Source: Thecamonas trahens ATCC 50062
Lineage: Eukaryota > Protista > Apusomonadida
Length of the DNA stretch: 64,000 nt
Direction of reading: 5' to 3'
NCBI RefSeq assembly: GCF_000142905.1
Contig: NW_013657672.1
Coordinates: forward strand, 266,244-330,243
Shown: positions 19,961 through 30,784 of the stretch, in pieces
Position numbering within the stretch: position 1 is the first letter of the stretch
Layout of the letters: each line of letters begins with the position of its first letter
Notes under the pieces: model-generated
The model's database searches: none
Seen by the model: only the letters and a program-made list of their open reading frames with translations
Told to the model about the DNA's origin: nothing
Translations under genes and position numbers: made by a program

Positions 19961-21364
19961 ATGCCTGTCCTCGAGTCCATGGTGCAGTTCTTCACACTGC
20001 CCGAGTACTCGCGTGAGTACGAGTACTCGGAAGACTACCTCAAGGCTGGCTACGTGTTCTCGATCGTGCTCGACGTCATGTTCTACATTTTCTACTCGGC
20101 CACTGAGTCGCGTTGTACCATGCCCAATCGGTACCTGCTGGTTGATCCGCTGCTGGTTGCCGAGCCCGAGCTCTGCGCCAACACCACGGCAGCAGCGGCG
20201 GCGGCCGTCTCGCAGATCTCACTCCTCGACAACCTCGACATCGACTACGTCAACCTGATGTGTGGCCAGGAGATCAAGACCCGGTTTGCCTCGTACCATG
20301 TTTCCACACTCGTCTACCTTGTCATCACCGTGACTCTTCTCCGCACTACCTATCTGCTCATGGGCCGCATGCACAAGATCGTCCACCGCATCACCAAGGC
20401 CGACGACGCCCTCCCGGCTCAGCTGATGCAGTCGTACTCAGAGTCGATGGCCGTCATTGCTGACCGGTTCATCAAGGCCAAGTTCATTGGACTTGGCGTC
20501 GTCCTGCTCATGGTAATCTTTGAGGCCGTCTTTGTCTTTGATGAGGCATACAACGCCCGCGACTGGCTCGACGCCTACCGCTGCGTCGACACCAAGGCGT
20601 GGATGGAGGCGCTTGCCTTTCACCCGATCACCTTCCGGTGCGCCACTACACTCTCATTTTACAACACCTTTTTCCGCATTTGCTCGGCCGGCGTCCGCCT
20701 CGTCGTCATGCTCTGCATTGGCTACTCTATCCGAGATCTGTCAGCCTACAAGCGTGGCAAAGTGTGGATCGACATTGAGCTCGAGAAAGCGGCCCAGCCG
20801 GACAACGACTCGCTCAAGGGCACCATTCGCTCCGCTCTGGGCGAGCTGACCAAGGCTCCTGCGAGCTCGGCCTGCTCGCCAAGCACGAGCACCCCGATTC
20901 CTGCGCTCTGCGTCGGGAGCCCGAGCTCCAACGACGATCTGCCCATGACTCCTTTGTCTGGCGGCCTCGACTCTCGTTTTGCTGCAGTTGTAGACGAGAC
21001 TCTCGACAGCCGCCACCGCCGCAAGCTCTTCCGCGACAGCCTGGTACAGGCCTTCAAAGCCCTTGCCATGCACCTCACTCACGGCGATGCACTCCCGCAC
21101 GAGATCACCGTCGCCGAGTACATCCGCGGCGGCATGTCACGTGTCGGCGAAGGGCCCGAGTCGTTTGCCGAGCCAGCCTTCAACTCTGCGCTCGAGGCTG
21201 GCCTCACCGCCCTGGAGAACGGCTTTGAGCAGATCCGGACCCGCCGACGTCGTCGTCGCGAGTCGTCTGCCAACGACGCCGAGCCCCGCCTCTCCTCCTC
21301 GTCGTTCTCGTCGTTTTCTGACGGGCGCGAGCCCGGCAACGCCGCTACCTACTTTGTCGAGTAG
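19961..21364 (+). CDS. Four-TM protein resembling the pannexin/innexin/LRRC8 pore domain
   Basis: Four hydrophobic segments with paired extracellular Cys: SRCTMP and DYVNLMC in loop 1, YRCVD and FRCATTL in loop 2. Kozak-like gccaccATG at 19961. Confidence 0.7.
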   Translation: MPVLESMVQFFTLPEYSREYEYSEDYLKAGYVFSIVLDVMFYIFYSATESRCTMPNRYLLVDPLLVAEPELCANTTAAAAAAVSQISLLDNLDIDYVNLMCGQEIKTRFASYHVSTLVYLVITVTLLRTTYLLMGRMHKIVHRITKADDALPAQLMQSYSESMAVIADRFIKAKFIGLGVVLLMVIFEAVFVFDEAYNARDWLDAYRCVDTKAWMEALAFHPITFRCATTLSFYNTFFRICSAGVRLVVMLCIGYSIRDLSAYKRGKVWIDIELEKAAQPDNDSLKGTIRSALGELTKAPASSACSPSTSTPIPALCVGSPSSNDDLPMTPLSGGLDSRFAAVVDETLDSRHRRKLFRDSLVQAFKALAMHLTHGDALPHEITVAEYIRGGMSRVGEGPESFAEPAFNSALEAGLTALENGFEQIRTRRRRRRESSANDAEPRLSSSSFSSFSDGREPGNAATYFVE

Positions 21365-21387
21365 ACCGTAAGCCTGTGGGCCGTTGT

Positions 21388-24300
21388 TCACCGTGGTTGC
21401 CCATGAAGGTACGCGACTGACCGCGAGCCCCTGACATTTCTGCGCTTTGAGTCTGACTGCTGCGAGCCCAGGAGCTGACCGGTTGAGCGCTCAGGCCGAG
21501 CTTGCATGCCCAAGCGTCGGTTTCGGCGTGTCTGCCTGCGCTTGCGCTGGTTGCGGAGATCGCGGCCCGCCGCAAACGCGTCTGAGCTCTGCTCGCTTTC
21601 ATCAAGCGAGCGCTCGTTGGCGAGGTCCAACGATGAGAGCGAGTGGCCGGCTAACCTAAAGTTGGTTGTCGGAGACTTGACCAGCTGGTTGCGCGTTGGC
21701 AAAGGCGTATTGCTGTCCTTGGCATCTCCCAAGGCCGACACCGAGCTCGTAGAGCTCGAGCTGTCCGTGCTGCACGAGTCGCTTGTAAACAGACTGATCG
21801 GCGAGTCGAGTGCCACGCCAGGCGTCGCTGGCTCGACAGCCGTCTGGCGCGTCCGCGACCGATACAAGGTGCGCACAATGAGGACCGCAGCGATGATGGC
21901 GAGGACAAGAGCCTGGAAGCCAGCACCAACGCCAAAGAGCGTCACATTCTCGCGATACAGAAAGTACAGGATCTGCGCGGAAGATGCCATGCCCGATGCG
22001 AGTGCGAGGCCGGTGTGTAGCCGCTCGAGGAACGGATCCAGGACTCCGACCAAGAGCAGCGAGACGCCAAAGTTGAAACAGGCGGCAAAGACGCGCGCGC
22101 TCGGCGATGCCACAAAAACGGTCTCGAGCACAAACGTGAGCGTCGTGGCCAATGTCAGTGTCCGGAACCACAGGTACTTGGGTTTGAGGCCGCGGATGAT
22201 GTAGCCGTAGGCTTCGATGGCGGCGTCGATGGGCATGCCTGCGAGCACACGCTTTCGGGTTCGCAGTGCCACAAGAAGCGCCGCAACCGGAAAGCCAAGC
22301 GAGAACAAGAGAGCAGTGGCAAAGATACCCGGCGCAAACCTGGAATGACTGCCTTCAAAGCACCGCAGCCGCAGCTCGATCGCAAGCCGCAGGCTGCCGT
22401 CACCGGCCCGTACGCAGTTGAGGGCCTGAAACGTCCGCAACGAGACTTGCAGAAAGACGAGCGAAGCGAGAATGATGAGTGCGTGCATGGTGCGGGCACG
22501 GATGACAGTGCCAAAGTCAAAGGCGCGCGCAGCCGCGGTGGCCTTGCCACGCGCAGCTCGCGCAGCCAACACGGTACGCAGCCAGACTGTGACAAGAAAG
22601 GCAAAGGCAGCGACAAGTGTGAGGCCAAGGGTGCCCAGCCAGAGCGAGAGAAAGGCGACGCGCGGGATAGAGCAGCCCGGGCGGACAACTTCGATCTCAA
22701 AGTTGACCAGCGCAACAAAGCGCATGATGCGCGCGAGTGTCTGCACGCTTGACGACGATGACGTCGCCAGCCGCTGCATCCCAAGCTTTCCCACCACCAC
22801 CAGCGTCTGCAGCGTAACAATGGCCGAGACGACCGTCACAAGGTGGCGGACCGAGAGGAGGAGGAGCGCGAGCAGGATGACGCCAAACATGACCGAGGCC
22901 ACAATGACGATGGCGGCAAGCTCGGCCTTTGCAGCTGCATCTGAGCCGCACGTTCGGCACACGCCATCCTGCATGTAGTACCCGTCGGCGCAGACCGAGC
23001 AATACTCATCGGTGTAGCCGAGCGCGCACTGGTCGGTCTTGCGCGAGCCATCGATGTTGACTAAAGCCGGATACACGCTCACCTCGCCCAGAGCGCCGGG
23101 GCACGCGGCCTCGACAAAACACCGCGACGGCGGCTCCCGTTCTGACGCCGCCCAGTATCCGGTCCGAGGCCAGAACCGCTCGCCGCCAGGACAGTGCGCG
23201 CCTTCAAACTCGGAGCACGGCTTGCATTCGAGCGAGCGCCACACAAAGCCCGGCGCGATGCATCCGTGCGAGACGTAGTCGAGGAGGCCTGGCAGCCGAG
23301 TCGTCACGTCGCCACTGCCGTCGCTGTTGGCAAGCGAGCGGACAACGCTGATGACGTGCGGGCCGGTGGCGTTGGATGCCGGCGTGGTAAACACGAGCGA
23401 GGCGGGCGAGATGAAACTTGCCGAAACAGCAACTGGAGCGCGGAGCTCGCTTGTCGAAGTCGCCACGTCAACGACAACCTCAAAGCTGTCAAAGCCAGCA
23501 AAAAACTCGGCATCGGCATAAGTGAGCGTCATGCGGACACCACCGGCTTGTGACGACGTTGACGGGATGAGTGACCAGGTGGCAGGCATAAGAGCGGCGG
23601 CGGCAAGAGGTGGTGGCGGCGGCGGAGGCGGGGATGGTGGTGGCGGAGGCGGGGATGGTGGCGGTGGTGGTGCTGGCGGCGGCGGCGATGGTGATGGCGG
23701 CGGTGGTGGTGACATTGGTGGTGGCGGTGGCGGAAAGACACACGGGCTATCGACGTCGCCCTGTGGTGCAGAGTGAAACCAGACCACGACGTTGGTAGCG
23801 CTGTTCGAGCTGGAGTAGCCAACAACATCTAGCAGGGCATCGCCGTTGATATCAGCCAGCTCGACCACGTTGGCAGTCGTGTCGGCTGTAGAAAGCGTGG
23901 TGACCAGCGAGTAGCCTGTTGCGCCGGTCGACTCGAAGTACATGATGCCATTTGTGGGCGCGGCGGAGATAGAGACAAAGATGTCAGGGCGGTTGTCATG
24001 GTTGACGTCGCCAGTCCGCCCGACAAAGTGTTTGTGACCCGCGTTGTAAAGCAAAGTTGCGGACCACGACGTCATGGTGCGCGCCGAGCCCGGACCCGGG
24101 TTGTACAGCACGTTGACCGCGTTGTAACCAAACTGCAAGATATCAATGTGGCCGTCGAGATCGAGATCATCAGCCCACACGCCGTAACCAGGAAACACCG
24201 CGTTTGTGAACGAGAGTTGGCCAGTCCACAACGTGCCGGCGCCCCGTTGTTGAAGAATACCACGACTTTGCTGTTGTACGAGCCGACGAGCAGGTCGAAC

Positions 24301-25037
24301 TTGCCGTCGCTGTCGACGTCTCCAGCGGCGAGCGAGCGTGGCGATGTGACCGAGCCTACAACGTGGGCTGTGTCAAACGAACGGGCGCCGGTGTAGACAT
24401 AGACCCGAATAGTGCCGGACGAGTACGAGCCTGAGACCGTGATGACATCGTCGAGCCCGTCACCAGACACATCAGCTACGACAACAGCCTGTGGATTATT
24501 GCCCGGAGTATCGACCGTCACAGTGTCAAGCACCGTGTAGTCGGCTCCGGGCACAGAGCCGCCGAGCGTAGACCACTCGCCGGGCGAGAAGATGACCGTG
24601 ACCGCCTTGTCTGCACCCGAGGTGATGGTCGCGACGTCGATGTGGCCGTCACCATCGCAGTCTCCGGTGTCGAGCCCCTGCGCAAAGTGCGAGTAGCCGG
24701 CGTCCCACTCGGCGAGCGCCACCTTGGGTCCAAACGCTGTGGATCCAGGCGGCGAGGGTGTCGACGGAATGATCGCGAGCGACGGATACGACGAAACCGG
24801 GACAGACGGGTGTGACATGACCACGGCGTCCGCAGTATGGACGTTGTCGGTGATGTTGACAAACCGGAGGCTAGTGAGTGCAGATGGGCAACCCGAGTAG
24901 AGCAGGCTGCTGGCGGCAAACGGCGATGCCGCTTCCACCTCAACCACTACCACCGTCACCACCATAACCAGCCACACGGCAAGAGAGCTTGCCGTCATTA
25001 CCCTTCTCCGCAGATATGCGGAGCCAGGGCTCGGCAT
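21388..25037 (-). CDS. Receptor-like membrane protein: FG-GAP/VCBS repeats, poly-Pro stalk, IPT-like domain, Cys-rich linker, multi-TM domain; frameshift at about 24243
   Basis: Signal-like N-terminus and DxDGDGxxD motifs (GDCDGDGHID, ADVSGDGLDD, GDVDSDGKFD, ADINGDALLD). CPGGERFWPRTGYW...GYTDEYCSVCADGYY. ORFs 24072-25193 and 21388-24231 join by adding one G. Confidence 0.82.
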
Positions 25038-25268
25038 AGGATATTGGATAGTGAGGGAGAGCGAGGGAGAGAAACGTCCAGACGCGACAGAGGTAAAGAG
25101 GGGGTGTGGGGTGTGGGTGGGTGGGTGTGGGGGGTATGTGTGTGTGTAGGAAGGGGGGGGCAGGACAGGAGATAGATGGGCTCCTATGGACACGGCAAGG
25201 TCGCTCGTTGCAAGTCAGCTTGCTGATTTCGTGCGTGCCGCAAACCAAGTGAGGATGGCTGTCGAGGC

Positions 25269-25277
25269 AAAAAAAAA
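25269..25277 (-). terminator. RNA polymerase III oligo-T terminator
   Basis: T run immediately 3' of the tRNA. Confidence 0.85.
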
Positions 25278-25348
25278 GCCCGCAGCGAGGATCGAACTCG
25301 CGATCTCCCCATTACAAGTGGGATGCCTTACCGCTTGGCCATACAGGC
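25277..25348 (-). tRNA. tRNA-Thr (anticodon UGU)
   Basis: Minus strand GCCTGTA-TGGCCAAGCGGTAAGGCA-TCCCA CT TGT AA TGGGG-AGATC-GCGAG TTCGATC CTCGC-TGCGGGC folds as a cloverleaf with A and B boxes and no encoded CCA. Confidence 0.96.
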
Positions 25349-25402
25349 TCGGAACAGAGGCTAGTTTTCCACATTCGCTTTTGATCCATCTTTTGCTTTG
25401 CC

Positions 25403-26233
25403 TCACCGGAGTCCGGACACCCCCCATCTGGTCGGCGAGTCGAGCACAGGCTCGATGTTGGTCCGCTTGACGGCAAACGGTGACCGAAGAGCCGGGGAGC
25501 TTCGCAGCGTCTTGCTCTGACTTACGTGATGCTGGATCTGCTCTCGTGCTGGTGTCGTCGTGGTTTTGCGGCGGGTACGGCGCGGGCTGGGCTCGGCAGG
25601 CGTAGGCCGGTGGACCGGCGACGGGAGTGGCGGCGCGGGCGGGGGCGGGAGCGGCACTTCGGCGCGTGCTCCGTCAGCGCCAAGCCGGCCGGCAGCATCG
25701 CGGAAACCTTCGATAGCACACATGGCCTCAAGCGCCCGGGAGGCGTCGGTCCGCACCGCGGGCGTCCGCATCGGCGCCCGCGGCCCAAAGCACGCGCTTG
25801 CCACGCCGAGCTCACTGCTTCCGAGAGCCTCAATCCAGTCCGGCAGCAGGCCGCGGAGCAGGCCCTCTTCGATCACGCATTCTAGAGCGCCACCGCTTGA
25901 ATCGTCATCGTCGCCGACGACCGACGACGCCGCGTAGACCGCATCGGCAAGAGCAGTCCACGCTGCCGGGACGGCGTACCGCGACCGTGCGGTGCGGGCT
26001 TTATGGTCGACCGCAGTCGCAGCCTTGCGGAGCATCATCCACACTGAAAGCCGTGCGCCGTCAACCAGCAACCTCACCACCATCTCACGCGCCGCAAACG
26101 CCATCGCACCCAGCACTGCCCGCAGTCTCCGCGACGACGAACATGCGCATCCACTCGGCACCCCCCGGACCGGCGCTGCGCCCACCGCCTCTACCAGCTG
26201 CTGCAGGACCACCAATCGTTCGACGTGTTCCAT
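25403..26233 (-). CDS. Hypothetical protein (helical N-terminal part, Pro/Arg-rich tail)
   Basis: 276-aa ATG-initiated ORF filling the space between the tRNA and the kinase. No motif recognised. Confidence 0.5.
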   Translation of the reverse strand: MEHVERLVVLQQLVEAVGAAPVRGVPSGCACSSSRRLRAVLGAMAFAAREMVVRLLVDGARLSVWMMLRKAATAVDHKARTARSRYAVPAAWTALADAVYAASSVVGDDDDSSGGALECVIEEGLLRGLLPDWIEALGSSELGVASACFGPRAPMRTPAVRTDASRALEAMCAIEGFRDAAGRLGADGARAEVPLPPPPAPPLPSPVHRPTPAEPSPRRTRRKTTTTPAREQIQHHVSQSKTLRSSPALRSPFAVKRTNIEPVLDSPTRWGVSGLR

Positions 26234-26429
26234 AGCTCCAAAGCCAAGCCAGCAACGGTGATAGGGATGACTGTGGAGGAGTCAGAGTCGCAGCTACCCA
26301 CACTATCGCGCCTTCCGATGAGGTGCAAGTTGAGATGTGTGTTTGCCACACTTTGCGCGCCATTCAAGTTTTCCGCAGCCGCGCGCCTGAACCCACCGCT
26401 CTCGTCCCTCCCCCTCCTTCCCGGCCGCC

Positions 26430-27563
26430 ATGCCGCGAAAGACAAAGAGCCGGCTGAAGATCACCAACTTGCTCGGCGCAGGTGCGTTTGGCGACGTGTA
26501 TGCGGCGCAGCTGGGCAACGACGAGGTGGCGGCCAAGGCGGTGAGCGCGGGAAGCGAGAATGGGGCGCGGCCCGAGACAGAGGCCAAGATGCTGGCGCGG
26601 GCGGGGACGCATCCCAACGTGGTTAGCTATCTCGGTACCATGCGTGATGGAGGGACTCGCCGCAGGTGGCTCGTGCTGGAGCTGTGCGCCCATGGCTCGG
26701 TAGCCGCCCTGCTGGCTGCCCGCGGGTCTGGCCTGCCTGAGGCCGCTGTCGCCCACGTGACCGCCTCGGTTGTTGCCGCTCTCGCCCATCTTCACTCACC
26801 GCAGATAGGCATTGCCCATCGTGATGTCAAGGCAGCCAACTTGCTTGTCGATGCCAAAGGCAACATCAAGCTCGCCGACTTTGGCGAGGCCGTCGAGCTG
26901 GACGCGTCGCTGCCTCCCGGCGCAGAGTTGGCCGCCGGTTCGCCGCACTGGATGGCGCCCGAGCTGATGGCCGCCGAGGGCGCCGACGTGGACCTGGCCA
27001 AGGCTGATGTGTGGGCGCTGGGCATCACTGTCATCGAGCTCGTGCAAGGTGAGCCGCCGCTCGCCCGCGAGCACCCGATGCGGGTCCTTCGCAAGATTGC
27101 GAGTCGCACGCCGCCCCGGTTAGCCCGCTCCGCCTTTCCGAAGCGGATGCGGACCTTTGTGGCCAAGGCGCTCGCCCACGATCCGGCGGCGCGGCCTGCA
27201 GTGGCCAAGCTCTCATCACACTCGTTTGTGCGGTCAAAGTCGCGCCGGCACCTCGGCCGCGAGCTACTTCTTGACGCACTGGCATCGGCAGCCCACAACG
27301 CATCGACTGCAACCGGACACGACTCGTGGCTCCTCCACGCCTCCGACTCTGATCACTCGACCGCTCTGGCCGCGTCGCTCGTCCACTCGGGCATCTCGTT
27401 TCTCACTGGGACACCGTCGCCGACGCCGGCGTATCGGCCGCGGCCGGCGCGTGGCCCGTTGCACAGCGTCTCGAGTTCGAGCTCGGCCGCATCCGCCTCG
27501 AGCTCGGAGACCGAGTCTGCGCTCTCGATGTCGACCATTTCGCCAGCGTCGTCGTCGTGGTGA
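26430..27563 (+). CDS. STE20-like Ser/Thr protein kinase
   Basis: GAGAFG, VAAK, HRDVKAANLL, DFG, GSPHWMAPE and DVWALGITVIELVQGEPP...HPMRVL motifs. Confidence 0.92.
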   Translation: MPRKTKSRLKITNLLGAGAFGDVYAAQLGNDEVAAKAVSAGSENGARPETEAKMLARAGTHPNVVSYLGTMRDGGTRRRWLVLELCAHGSVAALLAARGSGLPEAAVAHVTASVVAALAHLHSPQIGIAHRDVKAANLLVDAKGNIKLADFGEAVELDASLPPGAELAAGSPHWMAPELMAAEGADVDLAKADVWALGITVIELVQGEPPLAREHPMRVLRKIASRTPPRLARSAFPKRMRTFVAKALAHDPAARPAVAKLSSHSFVRSKSRRHLGRELLLDALASAAHNASTATGHDSWLLHASDSDHSTALAASLVHSGISFLTGTPSPTPAYRPRPARGPLHSVSSSSSAASASSSETESALSMSTISPASSSW

Positions 27564-27619
27564 CCTTGCCAAGCCTCGTCTTGCCTTTCGACCCACAGTC
27601 GTTTCTGGCCCAACGTTGT

Positions 27620-29575
27620 TTACATGTTCATGGGGCGATGGATGCCAAGGCGGGCCAGGTACGAGGCGCGGATAGGCTTGCGCATCGGCACAATGCGGAC
27701 AGTGTCGTGCTCTGGATCCGGGACGCGGATGGTGCGCGAGCGCGGCGAGACAACAAGCGACGTCGGGTCGACCTTGGACGCGGCGGCGGCGGCGGCGATC
27801 TCGTTCTGCTCGTTAAGCACGTCGCGTTCCGCGGCGGACATGTTGAGGCGACCCTCGGTGAGCTTCCGGTCGAGACCGATGAGGATAAATGTGAGGAAGA
27901 GCGACATGACCTCGCAGCCGATAAAAATCATGAGCGGCAGGGTGTACTGCTTCTTCGAGCCTGCGTACTTGTCCTGCAGCTGGCCAATGAGAAGAGGGAA
28001 GAACGCGAGCGCGCAGTTCTGGGTCGCCGTCATGATCCCGTACGCCGTGCCCTGCATAAAGTCGGGCACAACCAGCGAGAGGATGGGCCAGAGTGAAGCC
28101 GCACCCATCGAGTACGACACACCCAGCCAGATCATGAGCGGAATCGGCGAGATCTCGACAACCTCGAGCGCGTTGAGGAGGAACATGATGTGGACGCCGA
28201 TCATCATTATCGACGCAAGAATGATCCAGAACAGCGCACGCCCGACCTTGTCCACCAGCCGGCCAAACGTCGGTGACGCCACAATCGACACAAAGTTGGG
28301 GATGGAAAGGAAGAGCGTCGCCGTCGTCGACGAGTACTTGTGCCCGGTCTCCTGCATGATCTTTGAGCCGACTGTGTAAAACGTGAGCACACCAACGTAG
28401 AAGAAAGCGCAAATGATAAAGATAAACCAAGCAGGCAGCGGAATGGCCTTGATGTGCGCCCACGAAATGGTCTCGCCATCGTCCTCGCTCTCCTCCTCGA
28501 CCACCTTGCTCCCGCTCAGCAGCGCCGTCGCCGGCGACGGCTCGCCAGCCTGGATCCGCCCACCCTCGCCAGCTTCAGCGCGAGGCGCCTCCGTGCCGGC
28601 AGTCGCAGCCTTGGCCGCCGCTGCATCGCGCCGCAAAATCCGCTCGCGCCCGAACCAGTCGAGCCCTGCGAGCGACGACGCAAACGCAAACGAGAGCAGG
28701 CACATGCCACACCCAAACCACACCGCAAGCGGCACAGACGAGTCGGCAAGCGTCGGCGTCACCGCAAAGTTGACCGACGATCCAATCCGTGCAAACGCAA
28801 CCACCGACGCAAACGCCAGCGCAAGCTGCGGGCCCTGGAACCAGATCACCGTAATGGTGTTCTGCGCCACCGTCAGCGACTCGCCGCCGAGGCCAAACAC
28901 AAACCGGCCCATCACACACACCCAGTACGTCTTGGCCATAATGCCCACGCAGAAAATAGTCTCACCCACAAGCACGAGTCCGCAGAACACCACAATGCCC
29001 AACCGGATGCCGAGCACGCGATCGATGAGGTAGCCCGAGAAGAACGGGAGCACCGTGTTTGGCAGCGAGTACACAGAGTACAGCATCAAGTTGTCCGCAT
29101 CCGTGTACGACGGGCCAAACCACTCTGTCAGCTGCTTCTGGATAGCGCCCGGCGTGTCGAACACCCAGTACGACCTGTCCTCCACACAATGCCGCGCCGA
29201 GTCACCACCACGCACTTCCACGTCAGTCGCAGGCGTTACCCTCGCCCATCCACGCCGTGGCGCCGTCCTCGACGCGCTGGGCCCCTCCTCCCCCCCTCCC
29301 CTCCCCCCCCACCCACCCACCACCACCCACCACCAACACAACATCACGTACCCAAAGGTCAGAAACATGATGCACAGGAGGACCAGGCTCGGGAAGCACG
29401 GCGGACAGCACCAGACCGGCGGCTGCCACGCCCGGCCGGCCTCTTCCTCGGTGTCGTCGACGACGGGCACAGCCGCAACTGGTGCCTCGCCCGAGTACGG
29501 GCCAGGCCCTTGCCCGCCCGACAGCAGTGGCGTCTTGGCCGTAGCCTCGCCTTGCTCCACACCCAAACTGCTCAT
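27620..29575 (-). CDS. MFSD1: MFSD1-like lysosomal MFS transporter; one intron at 29175-29351
   Basis: Removing the GTACGT...ACAG 177-nt intron restores FLTFGSYWVFDTPGAIQ. Also LYSVYSLPNTVLPFFSGYLIDRVLG, GRFVFGLGGESL and GTAYG..TATQN. Confidence 0.88.
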   Translation of the reverse strand: MSSLGVEQGEATAKTPLLSGGQGPGPYSGEAPVAAVPVVDDTEEEAGRAWQPPVWCCPPCFPSLVLLCIMFLTFGYVMLCWWWVVVGGWGGRGGGEEGPSASRTAPRRGWARVTPATDVEVRGGDSARHCVEDRSYWVFDTPGAIQKQLTEWFGPSYTDADNLMLYSVYSLPNTVLPFFSGYLIDRVLGIRLGIVVFCGLVLVGETIFCVGIMAKTYWVCVMGRFVFGLGGESLTVAQNTITVIWFQGPQLALAFASVVAFARIGSSVNFAVTPTLADSSVPLAVWFGCGMCLLSFAFASSLAGLDWFGRERILRRDAAAAKAATAGTEAPRAEAGEGGRIQAGEPSPATALLSGSKVVEEESEDDGETISWAHIKAIPLPAWFIFIICAFFYVGVLTFYTVGSKIMQETGHKYSSTTATLFLSIPNFVSIVASPTFGRLVDKVGRALFWIILASIMMIGVHIMFLLNALEVVEISPIPLMIWLGVSYSMGAASLWPILSLVVPDFMQGTAYGIMTATQNCALAFFPLLIGQLQDKYAGSKKQYTLPLMIFIGCEVMSLFLTFILIGLDRKLTEGRLNMSAAERDVLNEQNEIAAAAAASKVDPTSLVVSPRSRTIRVPDPEHDTVRIVPMRKPIRASYLARLGIHRPMNM

Positions 29576-30027
29576 TCAAGAACACAAGTGCTTCTCTTCC
29601 TCGACCGCCCGCCCCTCGCCCCTACCATCGTCGCCTCACACACTCTCCGCTCTCGTTCGCTCTTGTGTGACTCGGCCCGTGACCTTGACCTCCACCACCG
29701 CCTCCCACCGCCACACACAGCCATCGTGCCTTCCCCGATTTCTTCCTTGAAGGGCTACAACTGAAACACATCATACCAGCTACCCATATACTACGTTTTC
29801 TCTACGCTCGGGGCCTGATATGGGCTGTGCATCCCGGTCTGCCGTCGTGGCGGATCGGCGGGTCGTGCCCTGGAATGAGGCGGCGGCGAGTCGGCGAGTG
29901 GACGGGCGGGCGGGGCGGGCGGGCGGCCGATCCGCTGCCGCGTCTCTGCCAATACCATGTCGCCCGCCCCGGCTCGTTGCCGGTCAACTGTCAATACTGG
30001 TACCCCTTATCTCTTTCTTCTCTGACC

Positions 30028-30784
30028 ATGAACGCTGTCACGTCTGTGCTCTCCAAGGTGGGCTCGTCTGTCCTCTCGGCCTCGGCCACCCTCAACGCCG
30101 CCGGCAAGGGTATGACCAGCTCGCAGCCGTCCGTCAACGCCCTCGAGTTTGCGGGCAACCAGTTGAAGAACATGCCGCAGCGCTGGCAGGCGGTACGCTA
30201 CCTTCCCTGCATCCCCCTTTCAGAGACCATTCCAACTAGTCCCATGTCGCCACCGCATTAGCCTTTCTCCGCTCCCCTGGCCGTCGCCGTGCTCCTCGCC
30301 TCGTCCGCAAAAGGCCGTGGGATCACCACCAGCGTCCATTTTTGGTCGCTTCCCCGCCTGAGCGCCACACGGCCGGCGCATGCCCCAGCTTGTTCACCGC
30401 TGCTCCGCCATCCTCCTGCACTCACCCAGTCCCCACCCCCCCACCCCCACTTCTTCCTCTGCTGTGCTCATCTTGCTCCCGCCTGGCTGGCCTTCTCTGG
30501 ACTCGCTGTCTGCAGTGCCAGGCCGAGATGGCCGCCAACTCCTCGTCCGGCACCGTCGGTGAGGCCGCCACCAAGGTCGCGTACGGCATCCAGGTCGTCG
30601 GTGCCTTCTTCCTCGGTGAGATCGTGGGTCGTGGCTCGCTGGTACGTTTTAGCAGTTTCTTCTTCTGCTCTCTCACTCTTCCCCCCCCCCCCCCCTCCCA
30701 CCTTCCCCACGCGACGCTGCACCTACTCACCCTCATCACCATCGTTTGTCTGGCGCGATGCAGATCGGCTACAACGTCGAGTAA
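30028..30784 (+). CDS. Mitochondrial ATP synthase subunit g; exons 30028-30192, 30516-30641, 30764-30784
   Basis: Two GTACG...CAG introns. The spliced product is 103 aa ending QVVGAFFLGEIVGRGSLIGYNVE, the conserved subunit g C-terminus (F..GEIIG.r.lIGY.V). Confidence 0.88.

Noticed and set aside
25277-25348. tRNA as an integration site for a mobile element
   Set aside because: No duplicated tRNA end, integrase, transposase or terminal repeats nearby.
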